NCBI GenBank assembly: GCA_010093745.1
Contig: MU005957.1
Location: forward strand, 248,001 to 312,000
DNA from: Piedraia hortae CBS 480.64
Taxonomy: Eukaryota
Length of the DNA: 64,000 nt
Reading direction: 5' to 3'
Every line of letters begins with the position of its first letter. Position 1 is the first letter of the stretch. Shown in pieces: positions 58,815-64,000 of the stretch. Both the position numbers and the translations under genes were made by a program. The notes beneath the pieces are model-generated. The model made no database searches, was not told where the DNA came from, and was given only the letters and a program-made list of their open reading frames with translations.

Positions 58815-60773
58815 TCACCCCTTCAAAATCCTCTCCACCATCGCCCTACAAATCGGATGATAAAAGTCTTTATTCTTCTCAAACGAAGTCTGAGCCAGGT
58901 CCGCATCACGTTTCTTCAGCTGCGTGTACAGCGGACGCACAAACTTCATCCGGCCCACCTTCCCCAGCAAGTCAGCCGCAGGTCGGTAAATACTCTCAGC
59001 TCCCGCCATCAAACCCAGGACAAAGAATCTGCTCACGAGTTCTACGTTTTGTGAATTTGCATAGCCGTATGTTCTACCCATGAGGTCAATGAGTTGGGGT
59101 TTGAGAGGCGTGGAAAGTGTCTGCAGTTGCTCCAGGAAGACGACAGATTGGTTGGATGAGAAGTTGCCAATGTCGGATTTGCTTGGGGCGAAGTTCTCGT
59201 CCTCGCCGCTGCTGAGTTTCTGCCACTTTTCAGCGAGACGGTAGCATTGGTCGGCTAGAGTCGTGTCGAAGTCTGGTTTTGGGGGGAAGCCGGGTTTGTA
59301 GAACCATTCGTCCCATTTGATTTTGTTGAGCTTGTCGCTGGCGTCTTTGTCGGATTTGAAGAAGTTTAGTAAGTTTGCTTTGAATTCGTAGGAATCGACA
59401 CTTCGTTCTTTGAAAGTGGTGAAGTATTGGGGGATGAATTTGTTCCATTTGTCTGCTCCAAGGAGTTTTTCGAGGTGGTAGAGGAATACGAAACCTTTTT
59501 CGTATGGAATTGACGAGAAAGATTCGTCGGGGTCTTGCTCTTTCATGTCAGGAATAAGCTTAGTGAAGTTGTGATCTTCACCAAATTGCTTGATGCTGTC
59601 TTCGAGCGCTTTCCAGCCGATAATGGCTGAGAAGTCTCGACTCTGGTCACCTCCGTGCACGGCAGCTTGAATTCGACGCTCAAGATATGTTGTCCAGCCT
59701 TCGTTGAGCCAAAAGTGCTCCCAGCTGGCATTGGTTACCAGATTGCCTGAGTAGGAGTGCGATAATTCATGGGCGATTACATCGACATTTTGTCGGTCGC
59801 CAGAGATGATGGTGGGTGTGGCAAAGGTGTAGATTGGGTTTTCCATGCCTCCGTAGGGAAATGAAGGTGGAAGGACAAGAACATTGTACATGGTCCAAAC
59901 GTATGGATATACAATCTTCTCAGCAGTTTGTATGAAGGTTTCAGTATCTGCTTCGAGTTCCCATTGGCAAGCTTTGACTTCATCTGGGCTTGTCCAAACG
60001 GTGCTTCTTGGTCCGACAGATGCCGATGCCAGATCTCCCGATGCAATCGCAACGAGGTATGACGGGATAGGGATTTTTTGCTCAAAAGTGTACATTGAAA
60101 ATTTTGCTTTCCCGTTCGAGCCAGATTTCGAATCCTCGTTTCCCAGAGGGAGGCCCGAAGCTAGCACGGGTAGTGCGGATTGAATGTGGTAAGTATACGT
60201 TGATTTGACATCCGGAGTGTCCTGGCAGGGGAACATGGAGCGGGCATGTATTGCTTGGCACTGCGAAAACATATAAGGATGCTTCTTATTGGATGTCTGA
60301 GCAGGTGTGAGCCATTGAATAGCTGTACAGTCCTTGGTTGTCTGCATGTCAATAGAGAGCTCGATGCACGAACTTTGATTCAAATGCTTGGGGTCCACCT
60401 TAACGGTCAAGGGCGTTCCGTAAGGCTCAGTCCTGGTGGGAGCAAGTGAGAAGTTGGTGGCTTCATTGCCAATCCTGATATTCTGGATATTCAGATAACT
60501 GGTGTCCAGCACAACCTTTGGGACGTTTTTGGCAAGATTTTCCAGAGTCAAACACACGGTGCCATGCAGCTTTCTGGCCTCAAAGTCAATAATGAAATCG
60601 ATTTTCGTATGCTTTGTGCGCCAGGCATCATAGTTGGACAGAGTGTTAGGGTCCCGCCGACCGGACTGGGATATAGAAAGATCACGGGTAGTCATGTTGA
60701 ATGTGGCTCTGAAGATGTTTCCTAGCCGTGAAGCTCCGCGAGGAAAAGATTTGAAACTGGTCAATGCTATCAT
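58815..60773 (-). CDS. LAP2: Leukotriene A4 hydrolase-like M1 aminopeptidase
   Basis: RDPNTLSNY, FSQCQAIHARS, GGMEN, HELSHSY...E, YEKG, VGRMKFVRPLY; ATGs at 60773 and 60695. Confidence 0.95.
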   Translation of the reverse strand: MIALTSFKSFPRGASRLGNIFRATFNMTTRDLSISQSGRRDPNTLSNYDAWRTKHTKIDFIIDFEARKLHGTVCLTLENLAKNVPKVVLDTSYLNIQNIRIGNEATNFSLAPTRTEPYGTPLTVKVDPKHLNQSSCIELSIDMQTTKDCTAIQWLTPAQTSNKKHPYMFSQCQAIHARSMFPCQDTPDVKSTYTYHIQSALPVLASGLPLGNEDSKSGSNGKAKFSMYTFEQKIPIPSYLVAIASGDLASASVGPRSTVWTSPDEVKACQWELEADTETFIQTAEKIVYPYVWTMYNVLVLPPSFPYGGMENPIYTFATPTIISGDRQNVDVIAHELSHSYSGNLVTNASWEHFWLNEGWTTYLERRIQAAVHGGDQSRDFSAIIGWKALEDSIKQFGEDHNFTKLIPDMKEQDPDESFSSIPYEKGFVFLYHLEKLLGADKWNKFIPQYFTTFKERSVDSYEFKANLLNFFKSDKDASDKLNKIKWDEWFYKPGFPPKPDFDTTLADQCYRLAEKWQKLSSGEDENFAPSKSDIGNFSSNQSVVFLEQLQTLSTPLKPQLIDLMGRTYGYANSQNVELVSRFFVLGLMAGAESIYRPAADLLGKVGRMKFVRPLYTQLKKRDADLAQTSFEKNKDFYHPICRAMVERILKG

Positions 60774-61008
60774 ATCATGCCATTAAATGGCGTTTGTTAC
60801 AATTCATTTCATGTTCTTACGCTTTGGCGGGGAAGCCGTTAGCATCTGATCGCCTGAATAGCGAAAAAACTACGACAATGTCAATCCGTCTGTATCTAGC
60901 TTAACTACGATCATATATGTTTTAGTGAATCTGCGGCCGTGACCATGAAGAACCCTTTGGCAACCGCCTGGTGGTGCGGGAGGTAAGGTTGGATTACATC
61001 ACGTGATT

Positions 61009-61101
61009 ACGCGTGTGGGGTGTTTGGACGCCACGCGTCCCGCGACTTCACCCGACATGAACCGCTAAAGCTGCTTCTCACAGCGCAAAGTCTCAACGCG
61101 T
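61009..61101. promoter_or_regulatory. Three MCB (ACGCGT) elements upstream of ATG 61113
   Basis: ACGCGT at 61009-61014, 61033-61038 and 61096-61101; TCACGTGA at 60999-61006. Confidence 0.6.
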
Positions 61102-61112
61102 CATTCACGGTC

Positions 61113-62585
61113 ATGGTCACACTTCGCAGTCGCGCTGCGCCGCAACGTTCGCCGCTTAAGGAGAAGACCAACACGACGCGCAAGAATGCTTCAGCTCAGA
61201 ATGGCCGCAAGAAAGCGGAGAAGACCAAGGCAACACCAGCGCAAGATACGACACGAAGTGATGCTGCATTAGACGACGGGAAAGCATCGCGCCTGACGCC
61301 CTCACCGCGCAACATGGATGCGCCGCAGTCACAGATGGAGATTCGATCATCACCGCCCCAGCCCCCGGCAGCAGCAATATCCAAGGCGCCGCAGGTTGCA
61401 AATGCTAGAGCTGCGCCAACAGTAGAAAACAGTCTGGTGGCACTCAGCAACTTCAAGAGAAGGCCCAGACAGCCGAGTTTGTTGGCCATGATACGCAACC
61501 CAGCCTTTGGGCCCGATCAGACGCTTGAGAGCTCGGCGATCGACGATGAAGACAGCATGCTGGATCTGCCCAGTGAAATATTCGCTCCCGAGGCTGAAGG
61601 CACTCCAATACATTTGAAGAAAGCGCAAAAATTATATGGAACACAGCAAGAGCGGTCTGATGTACTAGTACCTGCCACCTCCTCGGCTGAGGAACACAGC
61701 ACAGTAGAAGTCAGGAAGTCATTGCTGGGTGTCAAGCGACGGCGACTGCTTACTTCTTCCCCGATACAGGACAGCAATCCGCCCGTATTCCCGGTAACTT
61801 CGCAGCTGGAGTCATTTCATCAAGAAACTACTGAAGAGGGCGATTTAACAGTCATTCCTGAGTCCCCAGCTAGATCACGTAGCCGTCATCGGCCCCTAGA
61901 TGTGGACATTGATGCCATCATTCCGGCTACGCAAGAAGGGGAGCCTGAGCTGGATGATGAGTTCAGCGGGATTGACCATGAAGCGAACGACATGATCATT
62001 AACTCAAGTGCTGTACGCCATAAACAAGTTCCTTCCGAACCATCGACGCAAGCAGAGCCAATGACACAGCCGTCCTCTTCGCCGCCTCCGCCGGCAAACC
62101 CTAAACCGGTCAAACCACTGTCGACCGCAGCCCTACAATCCCTGCTTCCTAAACGAAGGCGAGTGCTTCCTTCTAGACATAAAAAAAAAACGGAATACGA
62201 CTTGTCAGACTCAGAGGACGAGCTCACCTCGCACCGGCCTCGCCCGCGAAACGGGAGTACCACGGCAAAGAAGCCTCGGACAGCGCTTACTCCCAAAAAG
62301 AACAAAACCAAGGCCAATCCTGCTCCCAAATCGACCACAAAGACCATCAAGACATACGGTCGCCCCCGTTCCACGGTCCCCGATGAGGCGAATGAACTAT
62401 ACAACGTACCAGACGAGGGAGAAGGTGAAGACACGGAGCTGGCTGATGTCACCATGCAGGATGTCATTCGCAGCAAAGAGCTGGAGGATGCGAGGAAGAA
62501 ATTTGCTGAGATTGATGCGTGGGATATGCAGTTTGAAACAGTTAGTCCGGATGACCATCGTAGCTCCAGTCAGGGCTGGCGATGA
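61113..62585 (+). CDS. Intrinsically disordered basic protein with sororin-like C-terminal motif
   Basis: 490 aa from ATG 61113; low complexity with S/T-P sites; C-terminal ARKKFAEIDAWDMQFETV. Coding status is firm; the sororin assignment is inference. Confidence 0.7.
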   Translation: MVTLRSRAAPQRSPLKEKTNTTRKNASAQNGRKKAEKTKATPAQDTTRSDAALDDGKASRLTPSPRNMDAPQSQMEIRSSPPQPPAAAISKAPQVANARAAPTVENSLVALSNFKRRPRQPSLLAMIRNPAFGPDQTLESSAIDDEDSMLDLPSEIFAPEAEGTPIHLKKAQKLYGTQQERSDVLVPATSSAEEHSTVEVRKSLLGVKRRRLLTSSPIQDSNPPVFPVTSQLESFHQETTEEGDLTVIPESPARSRSRHRPLDVDIDAIIPATQEGEPELDDEFSGIDHEANDMIINSSAVRHKQVPSEPSTQAEPMTQPSSSPPPPANPKPVKPLSTAALQSLLPKRRRVLPSRHKKKTEYDLSDSEDELTSHRPRPRNGSTTAKKPRTALTPKKNKTKANPAPKSTTKTIKTYGRPRSTVPDEANELYNVPDEGEGEDTELADVTMQDVIRSKELEDARKKFAEIDAWDMQFETVSPDDHRSSSQGWR

Positions 62586-64000
62586 CGAAAGCTCTATTCT
62601 TGCAAGTGGGATGAATGGATGAGCTTTGACGAGTGATGTGTTTCGAGCGTGGTGTGGTTGCCATGTAGACCAAAATGTACCAATTTTTGCCCGTTCAATT
62701 GCGTGAGGGGTGCACCTGCTTTCAAGGGTAACTCTGATCAGAAACTGGTTCTCTCAGAGGTGCCACAACAGACCCCTTGGACATTGCAGATTGCTCTGCA
62801 TGAACCTCGTTCGATTCATTCTTCATGTCTCATTCTGGAACAGGCTGTTATTCATTTCAAATCGTCGAGCAAGGAAGCGTGAATGCATAGCGGGCTGTAA
62901 GATCCGTCGAGAACATACGAGGAGAAACTTGCGACTCAGATGCCTTCCAAGATCAGGTGATTAATGACAGTTTTATTCACGTTGCACGTCAACGGCGGGA
63001 CAAGCGTGAACTGATCCGGTAGATGCGGTACTTGAACACAGCAGTCGAGTCCGCACACGCAATCATGTCGCAAGCGTGCTTATGGCCAACAGGCGATAGG
63101 CAGTGAATAAAGGAGATCAGACCAGCCGTGACAAATTCATCCGAAACTCAACGCGCAGTTTAAGAGAATCCCATGACAACACCGCACACGTGGCCGGGGA
63201 AGTCGGAATAACGGCCAAAAATAGGGCGTTAATGTCCTCTGCCGAAGGTCTCGTGCCTCGACAAGTTTCATCTTCACAAATACCGGAGGTCATGCCCAGG
63301 AGCCAAGTCATGGGAGGATGTCGTGCGCCTTGTCAAAACAGAGTAGGCCTCGTGCCGGCACCCGGCCCGCCTTCCGCGTAGATGCCCTGCCGAGCATGCC
63401 CAAGCCCTAGTTTGTACGACGTTCAGCTCTACCGTTCACGCGGTGAACGACTTTCACACGAGAGCGTGTTTGGTGGGGCTAAAAGGGCGGTGACCATTAC
63501 ATATCCAGGCACATCTTGAAGCTGCAGGAGACCGTGGGGATAAGTCCATTGTTTTTCTACCAGTTGGTGACTGAGACAGGACCAGATGCAAGTCGGCTGG
63601 AGTTGAGTCCAGTCGATTATCAGGGCCCAAACGTGGCTCGAGTTCAACCACACATTTTTGAGGTGTCCACAACGCTAGCGGTCAGAACAAAGAACTTTGG
63701 GTATCGCTGCAGTTATTTGGAGGCAAGCGATAGCGATCCAATCAGTTTCCAACGATCTGTGCAGCTAACCGAGAGTCTGTTCGCGGTCGGGAAAGCGGCT
63801 ATCTAGATGAAAGGCTGAAAAATTCTTCACAGCAATAAGAGCATGTCAGCTGCGGTTAAAACTAAAAATTGAACATATAGGGGCTGCATAAGGTACGAGG
63901 GATATTGGTTCGAGTGTGGCGCGCGCTGCGGCGCCAAGGCGCTGCACGGGCCAACAGACATCGTCCTCATTCAAACCCCCCCGCCTGCACCTTCTGCGGC

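Noticed and set aside
62649..64000. Short ORFs at the right end of the window
   Set aside because: All under 100 aa, with no motifs or consistent codon bias.

Overview
Fungal genomic DNA from a filamentous ascomycete (Pezizomycotina, judged from gene content and short GT-AG introns with CTAAC/CTGAC branch points), in three zones. (1) 1-15.2 kb is accessory and transposon-rich. It holds an amino-acid permease pseudogene cut by a MULE transposase relic and an intact two-gene unit (APH/kinase-like gene plus an unannotated 125-aa two-exon gene). It also holds a full-length but decayed Ty3/Gypsy chromovirus (6336-12224, TSD GCGGT) with very short LTRs (83/103 bp), a Tf1-type self-priming PBS, a telomere-like 11-mer x7 in its leader and a -1 frameshift signal. 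A third isolated LTR and a rearranged, pseudogenised second copy of both genes follow. (2) 16-32 kb and 42-62.6 kb are compact, intron-poor housekeeping genes: PNS1, VPS71, SSC1, VPS36, THP3-like, BEM1/scd2, class II chitin synthase, BBC1, FOL1, nitronate monooxygenase, a 63-aa smORF, aspartate aminotransferase, UFE1, AKR1, tRNA-Pro(AGG), AA11 LPMO, LAP2 and a sororin-like protein. (3) 32.2-41.9 kb is a lineage-specific island with an F-box/LRR-like gene, two tandem paralogs of an unrecognised family and TPR relics. All calls are from motif recognition by eye; no searches were run.
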